Positions 26,001-40,276 are shown, counted from the whole stretch's first letter. The stretch: DNA of 63,833 bases, filler included, from Welwitschia mirabilis (GCA_051453625.1; 4 parts of one record of this genome joined end to end with filler, not necessarily neighbours in it), one strand, 5' to 3'. Numbers and translations: made by a program. The notes: a model not told the origin generated them from the letters alone.

Positions 26001-27430
26001 GATCAGAAAATTCCTAAGAAGTTGTTATACATTTGGAATAAAATGCAAAGATTGGTGCTAATAAATACTTGGCATCAATAGATGAAACTGAATACAAAAG
26101 AATAATTGGTAGTTTCATTTATGTTACCAATACTATATCTAATATCTAATATGTGGTTGGTGTTTTATATAAATATATTTATGCACCAAAGATAAGTCAT
26201 CTGAACATAGCCATGAGATTATTGAGACACTTGAAGAAGATAAAAGACTTAGGCCTTCCATTTAAGAGAAACTCTTAGTTTATTCTTAAGACATACTCTG
26301 AATTGGGATTTGCTAGAGAGTTAAAAACTTGTTTATTAACATTAGAATACGTTATGTTTTTAGAAGCATCATCTTTATCTTGGTGATCTAAGTGTTAAAG
26401 CATAATAGGTTGATCCTCTATAGAAGTAAAATAGACAACTATATCCAAAGCCTTTAGAGAAATTGAATGGTTTAAAAAACTTCTGAAAGTAGTAAACTTA
26501 AAGAAAATAAAAGAAAATGAATTATTCATTAATAATTAATCTTCTATGTACACAGTCAAAGATCCATGCATCATGATAGGATCAAACACCTTTGTGTTGG
26601 AGTTCATAAAATCTAGAAACTTTACAGTAAGAAGTTATTAGATGAGTATATTATCTAACATATAATAAATCACTGATATCTTAACTAAACCAGTTCATTG
26701 AAAAAATTTTCATTACTTCCAATATAAGATTGAATTGATCATGAATTAATGCAACTTATTATTTTATAGATATCCAAATTCATTTGACTTTCAGAGTCAC
26801 TATAAAAAGCCTTTCTCATTTCTAGTACTACAAGATGTGTAGTACAACTTTTTCTAGCACTATAGGATGTGTAGTATAATTTTTCCTAACATTAGGAGAT
26901 GTATAATACATAAATCCTACTACTATAAGATGTGTAACAAAATATAACTATTTTTTTGTGAAATAGTTCCCTTACATGGCAACTCCTTTTAGGAGGTTTC
27001 ATTGTAGATTACATTCCTAAGATTTTCTTCTTGGCACCTTCATTTTCTTAAGGAAGAATGTATTTCCACATTGAAGGAGGAATTATTAGAGTACTAATTA
27101 GTCACATCATGGTACTACACTTAGGAAAAATAAAAAGCCTAGTGAAAGCTTAGTTTTGTGTGCCTACCTGTAACAGTAATCTTTATTTTTTGAAAAGGAG
27201 GAAAAAATAAAAAGATTATTTGGAAAATCTTTTTTTACTATTTTTACTTACTTTTTCTTTTACAATTTTTTCTTCCACTTTTTCACTTTATTTTAAATTC
27301 TCTAAAATGTCCAATCCCATATCTTGTAAGAAGAATTTTTGAAGGACAAAAGAATACCCAAAACTTTTATAATTTTTTATCCCTGTAAAAGTTTCTAAGA
27401 CTAATGTAAAAGGTACTAGTAATTATCATA
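23080..27430 (+). mobile_element. Decayed Ty1/copia element (gag end, PR, INT, RT, RH, PPT at about 27071, 3' LTR)
   Basis: IDTSAIRH protease (about 23660), NNGGE integrase (24410), P*HNGI (24495), KNDTWKLVDL (25295), ELKQAPRA (25662), HVDNMLI (25808), RNase H at 26290-26750. Confidence 0.85.
26818..26941 (+). repeat. ~32-bp tandem repeat x4 in the copia 3' UTR
   Basis: CTAGTACTACAAGATGTGTAGTACAA / CTAGCACTATAGGATGTGTAGTATAA / CTAACATTAGGAGATGTATAATACA / CTACTACTATAAGATGTGTAACAA. Confidence 0.85.
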
Positions 27431-27599
27431 TGCTATATAAAGTAAATATGTTTGGTAATTAATTTCACTCCTAATAAATAAAAATCTTATTAAATATAAG
27501 TGAAAAGATAATAATATATTCTTGACTATTTACTACTATCCAAAAATAATTATTAATAAAATGTAAATTTAATAATTTTTGTATTATGTCTCATAGTGA

Positions 27600-30500
27600 A
27601 TTTTCCTTTACCAAGTTCTATTAGATATCCTGTTGAAGATCTAGATAAACAAAATCAATGATAATGATAAAAATATATAAAGCCAAAGAACAACCTCCTA
27701 TAATGGAGTAGTGGACTGAAGAACTTACATCATGAGAAGTAGCTATATAGGTCTTTGCATTATCAAAGAGACTCTGTAGCATATAAAAAAAAATTAAAAT
27801 ATAAAATCAAAATTTTCCATAATTAAATGATATTGATTTCTATTATATGCTTTGGCATAAAGCCACATCTTGATTAGAGTCGATTTCCTTTTGATGCTCT
27901 TTTCAAGATACCATATTTGAAAGAATATATTTTCTTGGAAAAAACTTATTTATTGCTTTATGATAATATTTGAAAGAATTTTTAAGCTTGTAAGCTAAGA
28001 TTTTTGTTCTAATTTTATAAGTAAAATTTAATAAACTAATAGTTAAGTAATTATTAATTAAAATAATTAAAATAAGACCCTAAGATTTATGTAAAAAACA
28101 AATAACTTCTTTGTTAGTATGATGCCCAAGTGAACCTTGAAGAATGTCTTTCCTTACAACATTAAGATAATCATGACATTCTAGATCCTAGTTCTCTTAA
28201 AAAACTAAATAGGAAAATCATTAAAGCTAGGAGCTTTGCCATTAATCATATTAAAGCAAGTATTCCTAAGATCTTTAATATAATATCTTCATCCTACATT
28301 AAATGAATTTTTACATTGAGAATCAAGGAAATAAATGAAGAGGCATACTAAAAATCATCCATATTAATTGAATTCACTTGAAATAGTATTTGAAAATTAT
28401 CCTTTAAAAAATTAAAAAAGTATTATGATTGTAAATAATTTAATCATGACCTTATTAAGTAGTAATTTGAATTCCTCCATTAGAGTGATTCAAAAATTTA
28501 AAATTGTTTTTGGAATTTTCATTTTGGTTTTGTAACTACTAGAGTCTACTTTAAGAAGAGTACTTTTTGCCCAAAAAGAATTCCATTTTTATTTAGACAT
28601 GTAAGCTTTAGTAAGTGTAGAATGAAATGTTGGATTAAAAGAATCATGAAATTTTTATGTTGAAAACCAAGGAAAGAATAGAAGAGGAATATTGAAACTC
28701 ATCCATATTAATTTTAGTTGCTTGAAATAGTATTTGAAAATTCTCCTTTAAAAATTAAAAATGTGTTATGATTGTAAAGAATTCAATCATGACCTATAAA
28801 GTAGTAATTTAAATTCCTCCATTAGAGTGATTCAAGAATATAAAATTGTTTTTTAAATTTTCACCTTGATTTTGTAATTGAAAAATAAGAAGAGCACTTT
28901 TTGCTTAAAAATCATTGCATTTTTGTTGAGAAATTTAAGCTTCAGTAAGTGTATAATAAAACGTTGGATTAAACGAATCATGGAAAATATGATTATATAA
29001 ACTTGAAACTCTCTAGGTAATAGAATGAAAATAAGATTTTCCTTGTCTAGATGCTTATCTTTCCAATAGAGAGAATAATTTCTAACTTTACAAAAAGTAT
29101 AATGCAACTAATTAATCCATCCTCTATGACCAAACGATCTAGGATCTACATTTTAAAAACTAGAAGGAATTTGTTTCTTAGTATGGTACTTATACTAAGA
29201 GGTATTAAGATGGAATAAAGAGAAATAACCTTTAGAAAAAGCAATAGAAAACTTTATGGGTGTTTGGATAGGAAAATGATTTGATAAAATTGTCATCTTT
29301 AAAACCTAGGTAAAGCAATTTAAATTCCAAATTAAAAGAAAAGAAAAAAAAAGAGTAAGATAATAGAATTTATCTAAATTCCTGAAGATTCATTAAGAAC
29401 CTTGACAAAAATCGCTTCAAGTAAAATGTTCTTGAATATTTTAGGAGGAGAAAAGAATTGCATTTAAAAGAAAAAAGTGACTTTTTAATTACAACTAAGC
29501 ATTCAATTCAGAAAAATGAAAAAAAAAAGCCTCTCCATTCAACTTATGAATCAACCATATTAAAATGTTTTCAAAAAAGCCAATGAATAGAAGATAATAT
29601 ATGTGTTAAATCTCTTTAAAGTTAAATTTGCTTATGCATATGATTAGGAGAATAGATGGAACATATACGAAATATTCTAATTGGAGAATAAAGAATGACC
29701 CAGTAGGGTCCTTGTTAAGGATCTGAACTAGAAGAATAAATTTGTGAAGTCCAATAAGAAGAAACTAAAATGGTAGCCCCTTCATGTCATTCGCAATGAG
29801 AAGTAACAAAATCTTAGGAGTTACAGAGTAGCTCATGATAAGAAAATTACAAACCTAAAGATATAGTCTTGATATCTTAAAGTAATAAAAAATCTAAAAG
29901 AAGAGAAATCATTAAAAAATTCCCAAGAGCTTTTTTGAGCTCATTAGTCAAGCCCTAAACATTCTAAGAGATAATATTCACTAAGCTAGATACAAGGAGA
30001 ACGACCCCATCAATGTTAACAAAAATATCCATATCAACATCCATACCTTTAAAGGTAATAATTGGCTTCAAAATAACATACTCTAAAAAAGTATATTAAG
30101 AAACTATAGAAGATGAAATTGTATGAGACTGAATATGTTTAGATCTTTTTGGATCTATAATCAAAATAAAAGTTGCCTCATCCATAAATGATTGATTATT
30201 AGAAGAAGAAAAGGCCTTATTAGAGGAAGAGAGTGGTGAAGATAAGGAATATTCATTTAACATGCTTTTAAAAGATTGATTCTTAGATTTTTAACGTTGT
30301 CATGTTTCATAGGTTTTAAAGAAGGGTGAATAATCTGTGGCATTAAATATGATGCAACTTTTTATTATTTTACCCAAAGAGAGACTTATTGGGTATGATA
30401 CTTAAGGTAGACACATTGAGAAATTTGATGATCATTATGATGAGAATATATGCATGAGTTGAGAAAATTAAAGTAAGTAATCTTCTAGGTAAAAACACAA

Positions 30501-31100
30501 TCCTTAGCATGCAAAGTTAAAAGATGCTTACCCTCTAATAGAGTAATCTCTATGAAATAACATGTCTTATAAACATCATTAAAGAAAAAAGTTTGTGCAT
30601 GAAGGATAGGACTAATGTAGCCAATGATTTCATAGTCAAACAAGTGAAAAATAAATGGAAAATTTGGAAGTTTGACATGGCATGAAATTCAAGCATAAAC
30701 TAAATCATTCAAATTTAAATCCAGTGTCCATTGCATGTTTACAAGGTTGCTAAAGAAATTGGAAAAATGTAAAGATCTAAAGTTTTATAAACCATTTCAG
30801 AAGTAGCAAATTCAACCAAAATAAATCCCTTAATGAAATATTATGTACGGGAAACTTTAACAACATGAGTAGTAAGCATATGTTTAATATCGTAGAAATT
30901 AAAACATGATATGATATGAAATCAAAAATCTAAAGAAAAGATACATCAAATAGTAAAAGTATTGGACATCTCCTTAAATACACCATCTAGTGATGCATAA
31001 TGAACAACATAAAGTTCTAGAAGTTTGCCTTCCTTGAAAGAAGGTAATGAATTTTTAGGCAAACCAGTGTACACTGGTTAGTATAGGTGCTCATGATATT
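27600..31100 (-). mobile_element. Decayed L1-type LINE (ORF2 from about 29981; ORF1 region inferred upstream)
   Basis: APE motifs on the minus strand: VNIIS*NV*GL (29981), ICSIYSPN (about 29655), HFNMV (about 29560), LDKFYY (about 29370), LSNHFPI (about 29280). RT and ORF1 are only weakly readable. Confidence 0.7.
28354..28985. repeat. Diverged direct duplication, period ~343 bp, within LINE ORF2
   Basis: TCATCCATATTAATT..CTTGAAATAGTATTTGAAAATT..AATTCCTCCATTAGAGTGATTCAA occurs at about 28355 and 28699. Confidence 0.9.
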
Positions 31101-32198
31101 AATACTTATAAATATTAGATATTAATAGTTAATTAAGATTAGTTAAGTAATTACTATATGGTGTGAGAAAATAAAATACACCCAAATAAGATAAGAATAT
31201 TTAGGAAGTCTCATGGAAAAAGCATATCAAAATGGTTAGAGTGATGTGCAATAAAGAAAAAGAATAAGGCTTTGAAAAGATAGATAAAAAGAGGAAAAGA
31301 AAAGGCTATGTAAGTAAGATAAATATGAGAAAGAGTTTTTTTAAAAGAAGAAGACATGTTAAAGATTTTTTCCCCTTATATTAAAACTTCTATTCAAGAA
31401 ATTTTTAATACTTTCAAACTTCAATGTAAAAATGTAAAAGATTAAAAAGAGATATTTTACAAAGAATAATATTTTCAAAGTTTCATTTATAGTAGAAGTT
31501 TCAAGGCTTGAACTATCTTTCTTTCCTATGTCCTATGAATACCCCCTCATTGTTATCCACATAAATAATAATAAAATAACCTCTTAAGGTGAAAACTCAA
31601 GTAAGAATGTCTCATTTAAGTAGTATTTTTAAAAGTTATGTTGAATAATTGAAATGTTATTTAGTAAGTTTCTTTATTATGTTATGATAAGTAACATTTC
31701 TAACATAATGTTTAAAATTATTTTTAATCTAAGACTATTGTTGGTTGCAACTCTATTTTTTTTAACTTAAGGACATTATAATATAATGTTATTTTCATAA
31801 TTTTATAGCTATAATCGATTGATGTTGAATGATGATATTAATGGATGGATGTAAATTCCAATTAGAACAAGATGTAAAAAAGTGAAAACATATTATTATA
31901 GTGTGTTACATGTTATTGCTCACTTTGTATTACTAAAAATTTAGGAATACCATTTTTTATAAATAAAAAAATTTAGAAAGATCATTCATGATTCTAATGC
32001 AATTTGAACATTTTTCAAAGTTGGCATACTCTCTTCTTTTACGCATGTAGCCTTTTTACACTTAAATTTATATATATTTATCTCTTTGAAATTTAGTAAG
32101 TAATATATTTTGAAGCTATTAGTTTCATGTTTATTATTGAATTTAATCAAGTATTATCCTTATAATGTTGAAATGTTATTAAAATGGACTTATAATTA

Positions 32199-33298
32199 TG
32201 TTGCGGTGCATATTTATGTAACGTTTATGTCCTAAGTAAAATCCTATTTAATTACAAATATAATGCACAAAAACAACATACTAATATAGATGGGAGTGAC
32301 CCAAATGTCATAATTGGTCAAAAGCCAAAATAGGAAATAAGAGAGTTACTTTCCATAAAGAAATACTTGCACAATGATTTATAGAAATAACTTGCAATGC
32401 ATAAAAGTAAAATATAATACACTCATGCACAGCTAACCTAGGAAAAGAAATCAACAATGCACCTAACCTAAACTCATTCAGCATAACCTTTTTAAAGGTT
32501 GCCTTCATAACCTATATTGCTAAAGAAACTGTCATCAGATCAGAAGCAGCATAAGTTACGAGGATGAAAAATAATCACAAATTAAAATCATAAAAAGAAA
32601 TGTTTTTGTATTAATAGAACCACATCTATGTTACAAAGTAGTCGCGTCTTAATGGAGGAAATGCCACCCAACATCAAGGAAACATCTCTCTACAACTATA
32701 AAGATAGATCTCCGGTCCTTCGATCTTCTATCATGAGAATTTTATGTGCAAATAAAGATAAGTAGGAGTCAAGGATGAGATTTCTATTTATTGACTCAAA
32801 TACACAACAACAAAAATAGAAAAGCATGGGTAAACCATAATGATCGCTTAAGGAAAAAATGGAAATAAAAGTGGTATAAGTTAGGTGCATGTTTAATATA
32901 GACATTACAAAAGCATCGTCTGGCTTACTGTCTGGATGATAGAAGAGATAATGCCATCTCATAATTAATCCACATTAGCTACTAGATAGACTATAGTTAG
33001 CATCCCAATTGACACTCTTTGCACAGTTGTCCATACAGTCATCCAAATGATGAGATGGATGAGGGCCTTTGATAATTCTTTAATTATTTCATTAGCCTCA
33101 ATGTTTGTAAGAAGTTGTCTTTAGAAATATAAAGTATTTAGATTTGTTTAAAATAGTATAAATCATCATCGAGATTGCGTGTTTTCATTCTTTTCATCTT
33201 AACTCTCCATTATCATGGAAACTAAGAATTTACCTATTTATTTACCTACAAACTACTCAAAATACCCTATCAAATATGCCTAAGTTGGTAGTGCAACA
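32199..33298 (-). repeat. Complete 3' LTR (1100 bp) of an Athila-like element
   Basis: Minus strand TGTTGCAC...CCGCAACA with TGTTGC/GCAACA terminal inverted repeat; preceded by PPT GCTAAGTAGGGAGTTA (33299-33314); homologous to 39050-40273. Confidence 0.9.
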
Positions 33299-33849
33299 TA
33301 ACTCCCTACTTAGCCTTATTAGTCCCTGACAAAACCAAGTAGTAAACCATGTTTGAGAGTCAACTTATTAGATAATAAAATAGCTAGGATACTTGAGGAA
33401 ATTATCTCAAAAAGATTTGTAAAAATTACAAAGATACAAATTGAATGTTGAAATATTAAAAAAAACTAAACATTTCACTTGCCAGAAGCTTAACCAGTTA
33501 GTTGTCCAAGTCATCTTCTAGACGATGGAGGGGACGATAGGCTCAAAAAAAGTTTTTGAAATATAGAACCTATGACAAAATTTTTGTTTTTACAGATAAT
33601 CAGTCAAAGTAATAAAATAGTCCCCCACTAAATTAACTAGTTATGAATAGAAAATTTGTCCAAATATAATAAAATAGATCCTCATCATAAGAAATCAAAA
33701 GATAATCATGAAAACTCAGATACAAATGAGTACACCATAATGAAAAAAATAAAGTATCTATATCATATTAAAAGACAGTTTTTTTAGTAAAAAAAGAATA
33801 TAGAATAGGAGATATAAAATAACAATATAAAATCACTTCCCTCGTCTAT

Positions 33850-35140
33850 GCATAATGAACTATGGCTCGATAGCTGTCTTAGGTATAAGAGGAGAAGAAG
33901 GAGAATGCTTAGGATCTATGAGGAAACGGACATCTAGAGATGTAGAGATAGATCTGACTGTCTCATTGTCCTAGATACGAATAACCTCAAAAATGTTTAT
34001 AGTCACATTCTTCTAAATGGAAATAATGCACTAGCACATGTCAACCATATGGTCCTCGATGTGCTGTACTCTCCTCTCAATAGATAGGATCCTTTGCTCA
34101 AATATTTATTGTCTCTGATCAAGAGTCTGTGTCCTTTGATTGAGTACTTGTGTCCTCTGATCAAGTGCATAGATTATCTAATCAAGTGTATGGATATCTT
34201 TGTCCATGAAACCTCTGATGGTCTTGGTGATCTCAACTAGGAGAACCGAAATCTGCTTAAGTATAGCTCAAATCACAGGTCTTTGTAGCTGAAGTCTCTT
34301 TATCCTAGAACCTATATATCCATGTCTTATAAATAGTGAGCAAATGTTTGAATGTGTGATATATGCTACCCGCCCATGGGCTTTGGTATCTCATACTATT
34401 TAAAGAGTACTAAGAAGAGGCATGAATAATTAAGTTTTTGAAGGTGTCATGCCTCTATCATAGATTTGAGTTTCCTCTAAATGAATGTAGGTAGGTCCAT
34501 CTGCTTTCCTTGTCTGAAAGTTGCTAAAATATGTAAAGATACCACCATGGCGTGAGTATCGTGGAAAGATGAGCTAATGTTATAAATCAGTCCTCTATGC
34601 AATGCTCTGTATGCATGGATTAGTTGAGTAACATTTACCTCTTATTGATCAGTAGTCAAATCAGCTGATATATCCAAAATGACACCCTAGGCTCGACACT
34701 CCTCAGTACCATCAGCTAAGTGTATGTGCATACTCCCAACCTTACTAAGATCTGTGATAACTACAATGTGGGATGGGAGAATGGCTATCTCATAATCCCA
34801 TATAAATGCAATGATCATGTCCTGTAGCTGACCACGAGCGTCAGGTCACCTTTCTATGTGCATGGTGTCATAGAAATCTCTCATCTCTGATACATAATAA
34901 GATCCATGTGCATCTATAATCCATTGGAGCCATAGGTATATCAGTCTCTAGTCTATATTAGGATTAATATGGCTTATGAAGTCATTAAAATGCTACTCAA
35001 CATGGATGCTAGCAATCTGTATACTCAAGAAATGACTGTGTTAAGGTGGCGAATGTGTAGAATCCACATGCTCNNNNNNNNNNGCCTCCTACTCTACTAC
35101 CTTAGCCTCAGCCTTGGCTTATCTAGCTCTATGCATACAT
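33850..35140 (-). pseudogene. Athila 'env-like' / putative plant transposon protein ORF with C-terminal coiled coil
   Basis: Manual translation gives YYVSEMRDFYDTM, IAILPSHI, AYRALHRGLIYNI, GKQMDLPTFI and LNYSCLF, then LDQRTQV-LNQRTQT-LDQRQ*I-FEQRILS-IERRVQH-IEDHMVD. Several stops. Confidence 0.75.
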
Positions 35141-38100
35141 TCCTACTTAATTGAAACACAAAAATCATCCTGCAAAATGTAAAGACATGTTAAAAACGTC
35201 GCATGGATGCGCAATAATGATCCCTGAAATCGATAAAAGCTATGAAAAATACTAAAAATATGTCCTACTCCTCTTAAAAGTCATAATGCATTCCGAATTG
35301 GCTAAATAAGAGAGAAAAAATGCGAAAATATGAAAAAGTCAAAACTGGTATTTTTAGTGGGCCCCACATGAAGTAAAAGTTCAAAATGCTCAAATGAAAA
35401 ATCTAATTTAACAAATTCGTAGAACACATTGAACTGATCAATTNNNNNNNNNNNNNNNNNNNNNNNNNNNNNNNNNNNNNNNNNNNNNNNNNNNNNNNNN
35501 NNNNNNNNNNNNNNNNNNNNNNNNNNNNNNNNNNNNNNNNNNNCATAGAACACATCAAACTAATTAATTTTGTTTAGAGGACCACTACATTTCAACCTAA
35601 GGTTTGCAAGAAAATAAGTACGAAAAGTGAAAATTTGAAAATACCTTATAAAATGCAAAAATGCTCATAACTTGAAAAATACATAGTGAAATTCAAATCC
35701 ATAAGTCCCAAAATGAAGAGAATAAAAAACTAAATGATATATGTGAAAACTATGTGTTAAAAGGCTAAAAAAGAGGAGGAAAAAATGAAAAATATGAGGA
35801 GAGAGAAACATACCTCATTTTTGAAAATCTCTCACAATCTGATAATGAAATTGAGTGGAGCAAGTTTCTAAATGTTGGTACAAGCTAGACAAGTTATTGT
35901 CTCTTAAAGAAAAGGAAGAAAATGATAAAAAAATGAGAGAAATGAGGAAAAGGGGTTTGGGCCACAGTTTTATCGCATTGTCGGACGACAGACCTAGGAC
36001 GACTCTCAGGAAAAATTAGACCTTTGTCTACCCAGTGTTATCTAGATGACTAGGTGGATAATAGGATATGAAAAAGATTTTCAAAAAAGAAAAAGGTTAG
36101 CCAAAAAACTTAGGCTCAGATATGACCATTTAAGTAGCAGATCTGAATAAAAAAACTCAGAAAGACATAAAATTAAACAGAAAACTAAGAAAAACAAAGA
36201 AAAAAGGATAAATACACAAGAAAGAAAAAACTATGGCAAGAGAAAATAGACTATCTAGGTTGAAACATATAAGAAAAACTTCATGAATGTACCCAAATAG
36301 AAAAGGAAATCATGATAAACTTAGAACTCCATAAGCTATAAGGGAACTCATAAAAACTATGGAATGAAAAGATGTTCATTTTAGTTTTCCGAATGCTTTT
36401 TGAAAAATGATTTAACATAAAAGAAAAAAAAAGGGAGCTACTAATAATTAAGGTCCCATGAAAGAATAAGAAAATGCATAAATGATTTTGAAATCTTAAA
36501 CTCAAAAACCAAAGAAACACAGAGTGAAAATGGACAGAAGGAATACAAAGATTATTTACCTGTCCTAAGTACTTACCAGCAAACTTCCAAGGAAGACATC
36601 ATAATATCACCTTAGTAAATATGCATGAATGAATGTAAATACTTCGTAAAGTTCATTTGAAAAGGTAGTGGTTATAATGATAGTCAAATCTTCAAGTACA
36701 TAGAACAATGAATGCTAAAATCAAAAACTACTTAGAAATAAACTCACCTACTCTCACCCCACAAACACATCTAAATCTTTAAAAGTGAAATAACTATGTG
36801 AAAATACTAAGAGTCTAAGAAATAAGTAATGCCTCTGATTACACCAGGACATCATTGATCCTTAACCTTAAAGTTTATTTCTTTTTCCATAATAAGGGAG
36901 TGCAACCATTGTTAGAGGAGTAAGGACCCACGAAGCACAACCAACTAACCCCCCAAGGAAGTTCCTGTAGCTACTAATACTACTAAAGGCTCCTTTCAAA
37001 AATATTCACCTCAATGTGGTAGAACATCAAGGTGACCATGTATTTTTCTTTAAAGCATAAAATATAATAGCTCATGGTCATTATTTCTCTCTTTTCCTTT
37101 TTTTTTTTGAAAAATTCCCTCATAATCATACACTCAAAAAGGCAAAGGTGAATAAGTAAGATAAAAGATAGAAAAGAATACTCCCAAAAAATACAAGACC
37201 TTAATACTATTGAAAAAGGCATAAGAAATCAAGGCATCTTTCTTCAAATGAAGTCCATAGACATGGGAATGTCTTAAAATTTGGTGAATCCAATCTTACC
37301 ATTGTAAATGCCTAAGTATAAAACTAGTCATGAAACTCCATAAAGCAATACACAATTCAAGTTTGAAAGATGATTAGGTAATGTTATAATATCAACCAAA
37401 GGAGTAGGCTAAGAAAGAAATCAGACAATAATGGGGAGGAAGTCCTCCTCATTAAGGAAAACCTCTAAAACAAGTACTTCTACTATGTTTATAGTTGCAT
37501 CTAAAGATACTATATATAATTTCAACTGTTGTTCATTAACCTTCTAGATCTCTCTATTCTCCAAATCTAAAATCTCAACTAACCCATTAAGATGTACTTT
37601 CTCTACAAGGTAAGGACCTAAGCATTTAGAGATTAACTTATTATACAAAAGATGAACTTTAGTATTATATAATAAGACAAGTTGACTGGGTTTAAACTTT
37701 TTATGAAAAATATTTTTATCATGTTTGAACTTTGCTTTGGATTTATGGATTAATTGACGATGTATGACATGAGTTCTTTTTTATCAAGATGGTCTAATTA
37801 GAATAGTCAATATTTAAGGTTTTCATGAAAATCCATAGGATTGAGTTGATAAGATGCATGATAATAATTATAACACACATCAACTAGTAAAACATAAGCT
37901 TTACCATATATAAGTTATATAACTACGATTTAGCAATCGATAATTAAGGTAAGAGAGTGTTTATGCATAAGAATCCTTAGCCATTCCATTTTTCATAGTG
38001 CCGTATGTCCTTCTGTTCTTACCAACTGCCTCTGTCTAAGCATTCGTTGCTGCTTCATCCTTCTCCCCCATTTCTCTTAACTGCCTCTACCAAGTGGGAT

Positions 38101-39049
38101 CCTTAATTGTGCCACCGCTCATACCTCACACCTCCTTCAACATCGTCGGCGCTCCAACGCTGCTTATCTTCATGGTCCATGCATCCCTTCACTCGTAGAC
38201 ATCCACTAATTGCTACAATGCATTGCTACTAGCTGTGTCTGGAATTATTCTTCCCCTGAAATCGGCCATTTCTATCTAACTAATCTCTTAGTGCTAGCAT
38301 TACTGCTTAGCGTGGCCTCGAATGCTTCTTCCACTGATGTCTGACTATGCTTCATCTCAGTGTCTCCATCTACTAACACTTGTGCATAACCTTTCACGTG
38401 TTGGCACCTCATCTTCTTGCCTTTGCCTCACGTTTACTTTGCTTGGTGCTCTGTATCTGTGTCTTTCACATTTTAATTTGCTAGTTTCTTTGCCCTGTCC
38501 ACTCGGCCTTTGCTGTCTGTGCATCCACACTCATTAGCAACGCCTTCCACCTGCATCCTGAATTGACTACTCACTGATGCAATTCCCTCTGCACCCTTGC
38601 ACTTTCTGAAATGCATTCCCCTCCATCACAACATTAGCCCCCTTTCTCTGTTCTTGTCAAAACTCCGCTCTCTGCTGCATTTCATCCCAGTGCCTATTCC
38701 AGCCTTCTTCATGCCCTTAAAACTCCATGCAAATGCCCTCCACTAGCAATTTGAAATGCGGAATTACTATTGCCTCTAGTCTCCTTTCTCCCGAGTTCAT
38801 CACCTACCTACCTTACATCTCCTTCCATCCCCAGAAACACCCAGACATACATATTCCATAGAAAATACACATAATTACTAGTTGCAATAATTCTCATATA
38901 GGCTATTTTAAAATATATAAAACACAGAGATACATACCACTTAAAGAACTAAAATAAGACATATTTAATAATCATTTGAACAACTTACTAAATATACAAA
39001 AAATAGATGATAAACTATTAAATTTTCAATTCACCTATATATGTAAAAA

Positions 39050-40273
39050 GTGAGACATAAAGATATTAGATTGGTTTATGCTAGATTTTTACAATAATGA
39101 AGAGCTAAGAAGAATGATATAAAAACATGTTATCTTTATTAAATTTTATAGCATTTAAAGCAATTTATAATATTTCTTATCTAAAGTGAAATTCTTGTAA
39201 ATATTAAGGCTAATGCGATATATAAATAATTATAAAAAATTCCTATTGTTTACTTCATTATCTAGATGACTATACAAATGCTAAAACACTTAAAAAAAGA
39301 GGATGCTAACTAGGATGAATCTAGTAACTAAGGTAGAATTGTTATGAGGTGGAATCATCTCCCATATTATCAGGATAATTAGTAGGATGATAATTGAAAT
39401 AGATGCTTCACAAAACTTCACCTAACTTTGGTCATTTATCTCTCAGTTTCTTGCGTGGTTGTTAGGGTTGTATCCATGCTTATTTTTTCTTATTTATTTA
39501 TAAGCTTGCCTTCATTAATAAATATCGACTCTACCGTCGACTCCTTCTTATCTTCATTTACACTAAAAATTCTAATGATAGGAAATCGAAGAACTAGAGA
39601 TCATCCATTATTATTATAGAAATTTATTATCCTTGGTATTAGATTATGTATCCTCCATTGAGGTGCTACCACTTTGTAACATGGATGTTGATTCAAACCT
39701 AATCTAAAAAACTCTTTTTCTATTTTCATATCTATATTTTGTACATATTCCTTGTAGTTTATGTTGCTTCTGATTCTGTGATAGCTTCTTTAGTAATATA
39801 GATTATGAGGGTAACTGTTATTAAGGCTTAGCATAATTAATTTAGGTGTAAATTATTTACTTTTGTAGATTAACTTCACATAGTTTTATATTCTATTTGA
39901 CATATCTAATAGCTTAGATTGGTCTCAATCTAATAATAGCATTTCTTGATTAATCTAGATTATACGAGGCTGATCTCTGTAAAAGGTTGATATGTTAATT
40001 GGATAAGAGTTTCACTTAGTTTAGATTTACGTTCATTTGCCTAAGTGTGTTTTCATTATTATTTCTACATTGCATTTTATTTTTACTTTAAAAGATACAT
40101 GTGTTTCATTCTTGAAATTAATTCTCTTTTTTATCACCTATGCCTTTAATAAAAATAGAACATTTGGGTCACTTCCATCTATATTAGTGTGTTATGTTAT
40201 ATAAACTCTATATTTATTTGTGAATGATGGGATCTTCTTAAGAGTGTAACATCTGCACACACACACTACAACA
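39050..40273 (+). repeat. 5' LTR (5' boundary approximate)
   Basis: Colinear with the reverse complement of 32199-33240; ends ..CAACA before the PBS. Confidence 0.8.
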
Positions 40274-40276
40274 TCT

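Larger units (their letters stand above)
32199..37930 (-). mobile_element. Athila-like element 3' half (INT C-terminus, long non-coding region, accessory ORF, PPT, 3' LTR)
   Basis: 37500-37930 is the reverse complement of the integrase end at 45900-46250 and 55080-55560; 36560-37400 matches 46260-47090. Confidence 0.88.

Noticed and set aside
22671-26941. CRISPR-like appearance of the 35-bp and 32-bp repeat arrays
   Set aside because: Units are adjacent with no unique spacers, no cas genes, and they lie within eukaryotic retrotransposons.
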